Part shown: positions 19,735 to 26,931 of the stretch, piece after piece
Layout of the letters: every line of letters starts with the position of its first letter
How positions within the stretch are numbered: position 1 is the stretch's first letter
DNA from: Candidatus Iainarchaeum sp.
Lineage (GTDB): Archaea; Iainarchaeota; Iainarchaeia; Iainarchaeales; CSSED10-239
DNA length: 26,931 bases
Assembly (NCBI GenBank): GCA_028700115.1
Contig: JAQVTI010000013.1
Location: forward strand, 1-26,931
Reading direction: 5' to 3'
Translations under genes and position numbers: made by a program
The notes under the pieces: model-generated
The model's database searches: none
Told to the model about the DNA's origin: nothing
The model's input: the letters and a program-made list of their open reading frames with translations, nothing else

Positions 19735-20967
19735 ATGAATTCTGAAAAAATTAAATATCTATTAAATCTAGTTTTAAAAAATATTAAAAAAAGAAAACTA
19801 AGATCAATTCTTACAATTTTATCTGTAACAATTGGAATTGCATCAATTATCGCACTTATTCTAATTAGTGAAGGTTTATTTAATTCTGTTAAAAAACAAT
19901 TTATGGATATGGGAATTAACAATATTTATATAACTCCAGTAAATTTTGGAGGAGGAGCAAATGGAGAATTTGGGGCTTCTTCAAGACTTAGTGATGATAT
20001 TAAACTTACAGAAAGAGATGTAAAAGATATTGAAAGGCTTGCAGAAGTCAATAAAGTCTTTGGAATAAGTTATAAGATTGGAAAAATAACAGTTTCAAAT
20101 CAAGATGAATATGCCTTTGTAATAATGGCAGATAGAAAAAAAGCAGATGGTATATTTGAAACAATGAACCTAGAAATTGAAAAAGGAACTTCTCTTCAAG
20201 GAAAAAGTGGGCATGTTGCTATAATAGGTTCTTATTTTGCAGATGGTTTATTTGAAAAAGAAGTAAAGATTGGAAGCAAGATTAAAATTAAAGAAGTTGA
20301 CTTTAAAATAATTGGAATACTAGAAACTATTGGAAATACACAAGATGATTCACAAATATATATACCTCAAGATGCAGGAAATGAAATTTTTGGAACTTCA
20401 GATGAACTTCAACAAATCATGGTGACTATTAAAGATGGTTATGATGTAGATGAAGTTAAGGAAAAAATTGAAAAAAAATTAGAAAAAACACATCAAGAAA
20501 ATACATTTACTGTAATAACTGCAAAACAAATATTAAGTCTTATTAGAAATATACTAAATAGTCTTCAAATTTTATTAATAACAATTGCAGCAATTTCTGT
20601 AATTGTTGGAAGTGTAGGTATAATGAATTCAATTTATACTTCAGTAATTGAAAGAACTAAAGAAGTTGGTATATTAAAATCAATTGGTGCTAAAATAAGT
20701 GACATATTATTTATATTTGTATCAGAATCTATAATACTATCAATAATTGGTGGAGTAATAGGGCTTGTTTTTGGAATTGGTCTTGCAAAAGCAGTAGAAT
20801 GGTATGCTTCATATAGAAATTTTGATATGCTTCAAATAATAATAAATCCAGAAATTATAATAATTACTTTAATTTTATCAATCATAATAGGTTTGATTGC
20901 TGGGGTTTTACCTGCAAGAAAAGCTGCCAAAATGAATGCAGTTGATGCTTTAAAAAATATTAATTAA
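19735..20967 (+). CDS. Second MacB/FtsX-like ABC transporter permease
   Basis: NIKKRKLRSILTILSVTIGIASIIALI; GSVGIMNSIYTSVIERTKEVGILKSIGAKISDIL; IAGVLPARKAAKMNAVDALK. Confidence 0.9.
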   Translation: MNSEKIKYLLNLVLKNIKKRKLRSILTILSVTIGIASIIALILISEGLFNSVKKQFMDMGINNIYITPVNFGGGANGEFGASSRLSDDIKLTERDVKDIERLAEVNKVFGISYKIGKITVSNQDEYAFVIMADRKKADGIFETMNLEIEKGTSLQGKSGHVAIIGSYFADGLFEKEVKIGSKIKIKEVDFKIIGILETIGNTQDDSQIYIPQDAGNEIFGTSDELQQIMVTIKDGYDVDEVKEKIEKKLEKTHQENTFTVITAKQILSLIRNILNSLQILLITIAAISVIVGSVGIMNSIYTSVIERTKEVGILKSIGAKISDILFIFVSESIILSIIGGVIGLVFGIGLAKAVEWYASYRNFDMLQIIINPEIIIITLILSIIIGLIAGVLPARKAAKMNAVDALKNIN

Positions 20968-21688
20968 TTCTTTTTATTCTCACATAGAATAAATTATCAA
21001 TATCTCTTATATCAAATTCAAATTTTAGATTTGTTTTTTTCTGTTTATTATAAATTTCTACAAACTTATGAAAATGTTTTTCAAGCTTATCTAGTTCTTT
21101 TGAATGAATTTTTGAATTTACTCTATTATATTTAATAATTCCGGCTTTTAAATGTATATAAGAAGAATTTATTGAAGAATATAATACACCTTCTTTTTTA
21201 AGTAATAAAGAACTTGCAAACAGATTATATGAAGGATGCTTTGTATGGTAACTTACACCAAATTGAGAAACTACTAAAGAATATTTATTATTTAAATGAT
21301 CAAATAATCTTTTATCTCTAGAATCTCTAGTAGGATCTATATGTTCAACAGGCCTTCCTATTGAAAAATCTCTATTAACTATATCTTTTTTAACACTTTC
21401 AGTAATTGTGTTTTCTAAACCTAAAACATCAAAACTTGTTTTATATTTATTATTTTTAAAAGTTTTTTTCCAATTATGTAAATCTTCTCCTTTTCCAGGA
21501 CCTAAAAACATTATATTATTTACTTTTTCTTTTGAAAAAAGATCTTTTTCTTTAAATATACTATTTACTAATTGTTTTGATTCATAAAATCTATTTATAT
21601 CTCCATTCATAGTCCATGAATCTTTTTTTTTATTTTTACAAACTGTTGCAACACCAGTTGTTATTTTTCTTTTTCTGAATATAGGCAT
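20960..21688 (-). CDS. Putative SAM-methyltransferase-like protein
   Basis: IMFLGPGKGEDLHNW (glycine-rich motif I-like), KYSLVVSQFGVSYHTKHP and SSLLLKKEGVLYSSI (post-motif IV/V-like). Divergent. Confidence 0.45.
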   Translation of the reverse strand: MPIFRKRKITTGVATVCKNKKKDSWTMNGDINRFYESKQLVNSIFKEKDLFSKEKVNNIMFLGPGKGEDLHNWKKTFKNNKYKTSFDVLGLENTITESVKKDIVNRDFSIGRPVEHIDPTRDSRDKRLFDHLNNKYSLVVSQFGVSYHTKHPSYNLFASSLLLKKEGVLYSSINSSYIHLKAGIIKYNRVNSKIHSKELDKLEKHFHKFVEIYNKQKKTNLKFEFDIRDIDNLFYVRIKRIN

Positions 21689-21883
21689 ATTTAATCTTAT
21701 TTAATATTAGTTTGATTTTAATATAATTAAAGTAGAAGAAAACAAATATAAACTATTAAGTATTGGTATTTTTGAGAATTATATATAAGTTACAATAAAG
21801 ATTTATTTAAAAAGTTTTCTTTAGTAATATATATTATAAAGAAGCTAATTTTCTTTAAAACAATTAACCTTTTTTAAAAATAA

Positions 21884-21890
21884 TTTATAA
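21884..21890 (+). promoter_or_regulatory. Candidate TATA box for the tRNA-Thr gene
   Basis: tttataa ~26-32 nt upstream of the mature tRNA 5' end. Confidence 0.45.
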
Positions 21891-21915
21891 ACACTTTTAA
21901 AAAAATAAGTTAATT

Positions 21916-21988
21916 GCCTCTATAGCTCAGTGGCTAGAGCAACAGTCTTGTAAACTGTAGGTCGAGGGTTCAAATCCCCCTAGAGGCT
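21916..21988 (+). tRNA. tRNA-Thr (anticodon UGU)
   Basis: GCCTCTA..GCTC-AGTGGCTA-GAGC-A-ACAGT-CTTGTAA-ACTGT-AGGTC-GAGGG-TTCAAAT-CCCCC-TAGAGGC-T. Full cloverleaf with U73; one A.C mismatch in the T stem (50:64). Confidence 0.95.
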
Positions 21989-22059
21989 TTTATTTTTTGG
22001 GATATAGCTAACCCGCTTTTTTTGTACGGTTTTTAATTATTTCTATATAATTTATTTAT

Positions 22060-22542
22060 ATGGGTAGATTAGATTATTTAAATAAAATTAGATCTGATAT
22101 AAAACTATGTGATGAAAATTATATAAAATCAAATAATAGATTTAAAAAAATTAAATGTGAGCGATTATTACAAAACACAAATTATAAACAAAAATACCCT
22201 CTTTATTTAAATTTTGATTTAGAAAAAAGATTAATTGAATTAATAAATAATAAGAAATATAATTTTACTTTTTTTGATATTATTAAATTTTCGGAAAAAC
22301 ATAATGAATACACAAATTATTTTTTAGATGTTGCACATGATCTTATAAAAATTAAGGAATTATCGGAAAAAAAAGAAATAAATGATTTTACTTATAAATT
22401 TGTTTTATTGTCTTTATATTCTAATAATTTTGATTATATTATTAATTATTTAAAACCGACTGCAAAAGCAATACAATCAACTAATTCAAATAATTCTCAA
22501 TATAAAAAAGAAACTAGAAATGGATCAAAAAAATATATATGA
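22060..22542 (+). CDS. Hypothetical helical protein (160 aa); possibly the N-terminal part of a gene continuing in the next frame
   Basis: ORF 72 nt after the tRNA with upstream TATA-like sequence. Ends overlapping the following ORF by 23 nt in a different frame. Confidence 0.55.
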   Translation: MGRLDYLNKIRSDIKLCDENYIKSNNRFKKIKCERLLQNTNYKQKYPLYLNFDLEKRLIELINNKKYNFTFFDIIKFSEKHNEYTNYFLDVAHDLIKIKELSEKKEINDFTYKFVLLSLYSNNFDYIINYLKPTAKAIQSTNSNNSQYKKETRNGSKKYI

Positions 22543-22885
22543 GAATGATGCTGATAGTACATTAAAAATAATACAAATCTGGGACCCGAAGTTCCATAAG
22601 TTCCTTTTAAAATTTTTAAACAAAGATTTAAGAAATTCTTTTGCTCATTCAAATTATTATATTAAAAATAATACAATTTATTACAATGTAGATAAGAAAA
22701 AGCAAAAAAAAATCAACATAGATACTATATTATCTTATTTTATAAATTGTGGATTATTTATTAATAAAATTCAGAATTTTGACTTTAAATATAGAAGTAT
22801 ATGTTATAGAAAACTGTTACAAAAAAAGATAATTAAGAAAAACATAGGCGAATATATTAAAAATATTTGTCTTTCCAATACTTAA
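22520..22885 (+). CDS. Hypothetical protein with a HEPN-like Rx4H motif
   Basis: FLLKFLNKDLRNSFAHSNYYIKNNTIYYNV: LRNxxxH motif typical of HEPN RNase/nucleotide-binding domains. Confidence 0.5.
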   Translation: MDQKNIYENDADSTLKIIQIWDPKFHKFLLKFLNKDLRNSFAHSNYYIKNNTIYYNVDKKKQKKINIDTILSYFINCGLFINKIQNFDFKYRSICYRKLLQKKIIKKNIGEYIKNICLSNT

Positions 22886-25418
22886 CATGGCTTCTTGTTT
22901 TGAAGCCATATTTTTCTTTCAATTCTTTATTACTTAATGTTTCTAAATCTCTTTTGAATTGATCATTATTTTTATATTCTATTGGCTTAAATGGATTTAG
23001 TGCTTCTTCATCAATATTATTTGCTTCTTTTCCTATATATTGAATGTCATTTGAAATAATTGATTTTCTTTCAAGATAACCAATATCTCCATTAAATTTC
23101 TTTTCAAGATGATCATAAAAATCTAAAATGGTATTTCCTAAGGCTTTCCAATATTCTATACCATTCTTGATTTCTCCAGTTTTATAATCAATAAAATCAC
23201 TATAAACTGCTTCTTGTGGATCTTTCCCAAAAGGTATTAATGGTTTAACATTATCTTTAGTAGTAAATCCAACATAAACAAAATTAAAGGGTTTTATATG
23301 GTTTAAATATTCTTTATCTTTATTCATTAGATTAAATCTTCTCATAACATTTGGAGTGGAAATTGTTAATTTTGCTATTCCATATAACCCAGAATATTTT
23401 TCAAATGTAATACCTTCTGTAATACTTCCATAATATATTTGTATTACAATCTGCCAAATTTCTTTGTGCCAATCAGCTATTTTACTATTATAAGGGTTAA
23501 TTAGATGCCCTAATCCATGTAATTTATAGTCAATAATGTCTATTGTATTACATTTTAATTGATATAAACAATATCTCTTACTACAAATCCCATAAAATAA
23601 TAGATTTTCTTTATCTTTCTTAAGTATTGGAATGTTTAACTCATAAGGATTTAAGTAATTAAAGTAATTAATTATCTTATTAGATATGTCTGGAGAAACA
23701 AAAATACTATCTGTATCCATATAATAGTGTTTCTGCCCTTCTTTTTCTGCTATTGTTTGAGCAATTGTTAAGAATAACCTAGCCCCTGAAGTTATTATAG
23801 TTGCTAAAACAGGATTAAAATATCTCCCTTCTGCTTCTACATGGTTAGTTTTAGATTTAAATTCATTTAAACCATATATTTTTTGTTCTTGATTAATTAC
23901 TTTTGTATTTAATTCAATAAAAATACCATAACTAAGAGCATTTACTAAAATTTTTAGTGATTTTTGCTTACTATTATTTAAATTGTAATCTTTATGGTCT
24001 TTAGGGGTATTCTTTAGCATTTGTCTTTCTTCTACAAGTATCTTAATTAGATTATCTTTCTTTGGATCTATATCAATTCCAACAACATTTGAAGATTTGA
24101 GAGTGTCTTGAATACCTTTTGGAATAAATCTAATTGCTTTAATTATCTCAGGAACTTTATTTATATAAATTTTAGAAGCAATAACATCAGGGAGAGAATA
24201 CCAAACTTCTTGATTACTGGTTAAATAGTTTAAACCAACATTATTTGTTTTATTATCTCCTTTGTAATCCATCCTAATTGGTAAAAAATCATTATTTGGT
24301 TTAATTTTTACTAACACATTAAACATTTTATATATTTTTTTATCTTTTAATTGTTCTAAATCAATATTTTTTAATAAACCTTTAATTTCTAGAGTAACAT
24401 CTTCAGTTATTATTTCTTTAGCAATAATAAAATCCCAAATATCATATAGAATAGTAATTGTTGGATACATAGAAGTAAAGTCAAGAACATCTGTAAGAAT
24501 TGGTTTTTTTCTATAATTGCATTCACATCTTCCCCCATAATAAGAAGTCATTATGTTTCCTAATATAGATTTATCAAAATCAGGATTATTTTCTCTAAAT
24601 GGATTAATACCTAATTGATTTAAAGCATATTTTCCTAAAGAAGCTGAACTATATACTTTTGTTATTGGAATATCAATATTATATCTTTCAAATTCAGAAA
24701 CTAATTTTGTATATACATTATAAGTTGTTAAAACATCATAAATGTTATAATCAATATATTCTTTAGTTATTTTGCCATGTTCATTAGTTTTTTGTTTTTT
24801 TGTAGTTGTGTTTAATATTTCTCCTACTTTTGATAAACTAATATGTTTTTGTTCTAATAATATTTCTGCTAATTTTTGAACATCTAAAAAATTTCCAGAA
24901 AAATAATCTTCTTTTCTATTCTTAAAGGTTCTTTGAAAACTAAAAGAATAGGCATCTCCTAGTTTTTTAATTACTATTGGAGGATTATTTTTATTTTCAG
25001 ATAACTTAAATGTAAAGCCACCTTTATTATTATTTCTTGAATTTGTAAAATTAAATGCAATTCTGGACAAATCAAAAGCTAAATTAAAACCAATACATAA
25101 TGCTTTAGAATGAAACACTTGATAATAAAAGACTTTATCTATAAATTCTTGTAATGTATATACAGGAATGCCTTTTTGTTTTGAATAGCGATTTAATATT
25201 TCTAATTCTATAGAACTTAAATTATCATAAAATAAACCTTGTTTTATTACTACATTATTTAGATATACTTGAAAAAAGCCAAATTTTAAATTTTGATATT
25301 CATCAGTTGTAGTTTCTGTATCAAATACTAAAACCCTATTGTGTTTTGTTTTAGTTTCAAGTAAATTATTCTGTCTTTTCTTTGTCGGAGCATAAGCCCT
25401 CAATTGTATGCTTTTCAT
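22857..25418 (-). CDS. Family B DNA polymerase with 3'-5' exonuclease, mobile-element/viral-like subtype
   Basis: Exo I FDTETT, Exo II GFNLAFDL, Exo III YNIYDV; Pol motif A VLDFTSMYPTI, motif B KILVNALSYG, motif C YMDTDSIFV, then SKRYCLY. About 175 aa separate motifs A and B. C-terminal LSNKELKEKYGFKTRSHVKYWK extension. Confidence 0.88.
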   Translation of the reverse strand: MKSIQLRAYAPTKKRQNNLLETKTKHNRVLVFDTETTTDEYQNLKFGFFQVYLNNVVIKQGLFYDNLSSIELEILNRYSKQKGIPVYTLQEFIDKVFYYQVFHSKALCIGFNLAFDLSRIAFNFTNSRNNNKGGFTFKLSENKNNPPIVIKKLGDAYSFSFQRTFKNRKEDYFSGNFLDVQKLAEILLEQKHISLSKVGEILNTTTKKQKTNEHGKITKEYIDYNIYDVLTTYNVYTKLVSEFERYNIDIPITKVYSSASLGKYALNQLGINPFRENNPDFDKSILGNIMTSYYGGRCECNYRKKPILTDVLDFTSMYPTITILYDIWDFIIAKEIITEDVTLEIKGLLKNIDLEQLKDKKIYKMFNVLVKIKPNNDFLPIRMDYKGDNKTNNVGLNYLTSNQEVWYSLPDVIASKIYINKVPEIIKAIRFIPKGIQDTLKSSNVVGIDIDPKKDNLIKILVEERQMLKNTPKDHKDYNLNNSKQKSLKILVNALSYGIFIELNTKVINQEQKIYGLNEFKSKTNHVEAEGRYFNPVLATIITSGARLFLTIAQTIAEKEGQKHYYMDTDSIFVSPDISNKIINYFNYLNPYELNIPILKKDKENLLFYGICSKRYCLYQLKCNTIDIIDYKLHGLGHLINPYNSKIADWHKEIWQIVIQIYYGSITEGITFEKYSGLYGIAKLTISTPNVMRRFNLMNKDKEYLNHIKPFNFVYVGFTTKDNVKPLIPFGKDPQEAVYSDFIDYKTGEIKNGIEYWKALGNTILDFYDHLEKKFNGDIGYLERKSIISNDIQYIGKEANNIDEEALNPFKPIEYKNNDQFKRDLETLSNKELKEKYGFKTRSHVKYWKDKYF

Positions 25419-25695
25419 TTAGTAATCTCTCCAGTTTCAATAATTCATCTCCTATTGTTTTCAATAAACTACCTATTGAAATTAATAGAAACTTTAGTTT
25501 TTTAGTGTCATTAAAATTAGATCTCTCTTTTGGCGATAATTTGTTTTGGTCATAAGTAGTTTTATTATGGCAATTATTACAAAGTGCTATTGTATAATTA
25601 GAATTAACTTTTCCAAAAACATGATGTTTTTCTATTTTTCTAATAACTGCTGGATGATCTTCTCCACAGATAGCACATTGTAATTTATCTTCCAT
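25366..25695 (-). CDS. HNH-type zinc-binding/nuclease-like protein
   Basis: CAICGEDHP...KIEKHHVFGKVNSNYTIALCNNCHNKTTY (CxxC...HH...N...CxxCH). Confidence 0.7.
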   Translation of the reverse strand: MEDKLQCAICGEDHPAVIRKIEKHHVFGKVNSNYTIALCNNCHNKTTYDQNKLSPKERSNFNDTKKLKFLLISIGSLLKTIGDELLKLERLLNEKHTIEGLCSDKEKTE

Positions 25696-25697
25696 AT

Positions 25698-26333
25698 TTA
25701 TCTATCCCTATATATTTCTAAAAATTCTGGTTCTTCAATAGAGTTTTCATAATCTTTAACTTTATTAAGATCAGTTTCAAGTTTATGATATTTTCCACTA
25801 GCATCTTTTAATCTAATTTTTTTATATTTTTCAAGATAACTTGCATCTCCTGATCTTAGTGCTTTTTTAATATTTGAAAAATATTCCCCGATTATTGATC
25901 TATCTTTAGAACTTGTAACAATTATATGATTTATCCCTAAATCTTTTTCATAAATCATCATAGAAGTTTGTAAATAATCTTTAGAAAGAACTGCCCACCT
26001 ATTGTTTTTCTTAAATAGATATTTTCCAAGATGTTTTTGTATTAATTCTTTTGTTATGCCTAAATTATTGATTACAGAATTAAGTGTTTCTTTATTTCTT
26101 ATTCTTCTTATTGCTGAAATAACTAGATTTCTTTCTCTTTTTTCTTTTTTTGTTAGATCTATCCATTTCTTATTACTAATTAGAAAATCACTAAAGTTTA
26201 ATTTAGATAATTCAGATAATGTTTTATTAGGTAATATGTAATGTTTTGCGATTATAGATCTTCCATATCTTGTTTTTCTATTCCCTGCTTTTAGCCAAGA
26301 AGTAAAACTTCTATATTTTCTAGAAAACATCAT
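25698..26333 (-). CDS. Hypothetical protein (211 aa) in the polymerase cluster
   Basis: ORF with tight gene spacing: starts overlapping the RHH stop codon, ends 3 nt before the HNH gene. Basic, helical. Contains SIIGEYFSNIKKALRSGDASYLEKYKKIRLKDASGKYHKLETDLNKV. Confidence 0.6.
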   Translation of the reverse strand: MMFSRKYRSFTSWLKAGNRKTRYGRSIIAKHYILPNKTLSELSKLNFSDFLISNKKWIDLTKKEKRERNLVISAIRRIRNKETLNSVINNLGITKELIQKHLGKYLFKKNNRWAVLSKDYLQTSMMIYEKDLGINHIIVTSSKDRSIIGEYFSNIKKALRSGDASYLEKYKKIRLKDASGKYHKLETDLNKVKDYENSIEEPEFLEIYRDR

Positions 26334-26479
26334 TTCCCCTCTTCTTGTTCTATATATTCTTTCAAATGGTAATAAAGTGCAATTCTTACAACTTCTGATT
26401 CAGAACATTCTCTTATTACTGAAGCTGTTTCAATTGCTCTCTTTACATTCTTTGGAATTGTTATTATCATTCTGGTCAT
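26330..26479 (-). CDS. Small ribbon-helix-helix (CopG/Arc-like) DNA-binding protein, absent from the supplied ORF track
   Basis: Manual translation of minus strand: MTRMIITIPKNVKRAIETASVIRECSESEVVRIALYYHLKEYIEQEEGK*. RHH pattern (beta strand IITIPKNV, helix, S-E-S-E-V-V-R-I-A). TGA stop overlaps the ATG at 26333. Confidence 0.75.
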   Translation of the reverse strand: MTRMIITIPKNVKRAIETASVIRECSESEVVRIALYYHLKEYIEQEEGK

Positions 26480-26524
26480 ATCAATCACCGTTTAATTATT
26501 AAATAACTTATGAGACAACCGTAT

Positions 26525-26589
26525 GATATATATATTTGATATAGATTTTGATATAGAAATAGATATATATTTAAATATATCGTGATATA
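26525..26589. repeat. Iteron-like GATATA array in the divergent intergenic region
   Basis: GATATA at 26525, 26538, 26550, 26562 and 26584 (spacing 13, 12, 12, 22 bp). Confidence 0.5.
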
Positions 26590-26630
26590 TATTATATTAT
26601 AACTGATAACTAATTTGAAAGGTAAATTAT

Positions 26631-26931
26631 ATGGTTAAAGAAGACAATAGCAAAATTATTGAATTTGTTAAAGAAAAGAGATTTATACCTAAGACCGAAT
26701 TAAAAGAGTATATTATAAAAGAACAAAATTGTAGTGATATTACTGCCAATAGAAAGATAGATGCTCTTATTTCTTTAGGAAAACTAATAAAAATTAATAA
26801 AACTGAATATTCTACATATAACATAACAGAAACAGATAACAGGGTTGTATATATTGGTTTAAAACAAAATAAAGAAATAATAAAATATGTTCAAGACAGA
26901 TTATATGATTTAAAAAAAGAAACATCTCCTT
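26631..26931 (+). CDS. Partial ORF, winged-HTH-like protein, open to the right window edge
   Basis: MVKEDNSKIIEFVKEKRFIPKTELKEYIIKEQNCSDITANRKIDALISLGKLIKINKTEYSTYNITETDNRVVYIGLKQNK...; preceded by GAAAGGT. Better supported than the antisense ORF 26627..26824. Confidence 0.6.
   Translation, partial: MVKEDNSKIIEFVKEKRFIPKTELKEYIIKEQNCSDITANRKIDALISLGKLIKINKTEYSTYNITETDNRVVYIGLKQNKEIIKYVQDRLYDLKKETSP

Larger units (their letters stand above)
22060..26931. mobile_element. Candidate integrated mobile/replicative element downstream of tRNA-Thr (boundaries unproven, no integrase seen)
   Basis: Non-housekeeping gene set (PolB with extra insertion, HNH, RHH, HEPN-like, wHTH) starting 72 nt after a tRNA gene, with an iteron-like array. 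Confidence 0.4.

Noticed and set aside
18775-19922. ORFs 18775-19002 (-) and 19719-19922 (-)
   Set aside because: Antisense to the CARDB-like and second permease genes with no recognisable motifs.
16864-20967. Considered that the two permeases could be a recent tandem duplication
   Set aside because: They share only the family-level MacB core; the N-terminal extracellular regions are clearly different, so recent duplication is unlikely.
26002-26824. ORFs 26002-26241 (+) and 26627-26824 (-)
   Set aside because: Antisense to the 211-aa gene and to the wHTH-like partial ORF respectively; the opposite-strand products are more protein-like.
22857-26931. Casposon
   Set aside because: PolB plus HNH is reminiscent, but no Cas1/casposase or terminal inverted repeats are visible in the window.

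Overview
This is an AT-rich archaeal chromosome segment. The gene content looks DPANN-like: archaeal-type 23S rRNA, archaeal Obg/YchF GTPase and eukaryote/archaeal-type LeuRS. From left to right it contains: (1) the 5' ~2 kb of a 23S rRNA gene on the minus strand, truncated by the window edge, with no 16S upstream; (2) a small cysteine-containing membrane protein, a YchF/Obg-like GTPase and a possible acetyltransferase; (3) an HTH-PAS-like regulator convergent with a RelA/SpoT homolog that has a degraded HD domain but a largely intact (p)ppGpp synthetase motif set and a TGS domain; (4) leuS; (5) two paralogous membrane-anchored surface coiled-coil proteins, the larger with a 55-residue internal repeat; (6) a Bud23-like methyltransferase, a protein with a JAMM-like HxH...PSxxD motif, a GNAT acetyltransferase and an MscS-type channel; (7) a MacB/FtsX-like ABC cluster with one ATPase, two permeases and an exported Ig/CARDB-like protein; (8) tRNA-Thr(UGU), followed by an accessory block. 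That block has a possible split HEPN-like gene, a minus-strand cluster (RHH protein not in the ORF track, a 211-aa unknown, HNH protein, and an unusual 853-aa family-B DNA polymerase), a divergent wHTH-like gene and a GATATA iteron-like array between them. The last block is the best candidate for an undescribed mobile or replicative element. Its boundaries are not established in this window. All assignments come from reading motifs and recalling families; no database search was run.
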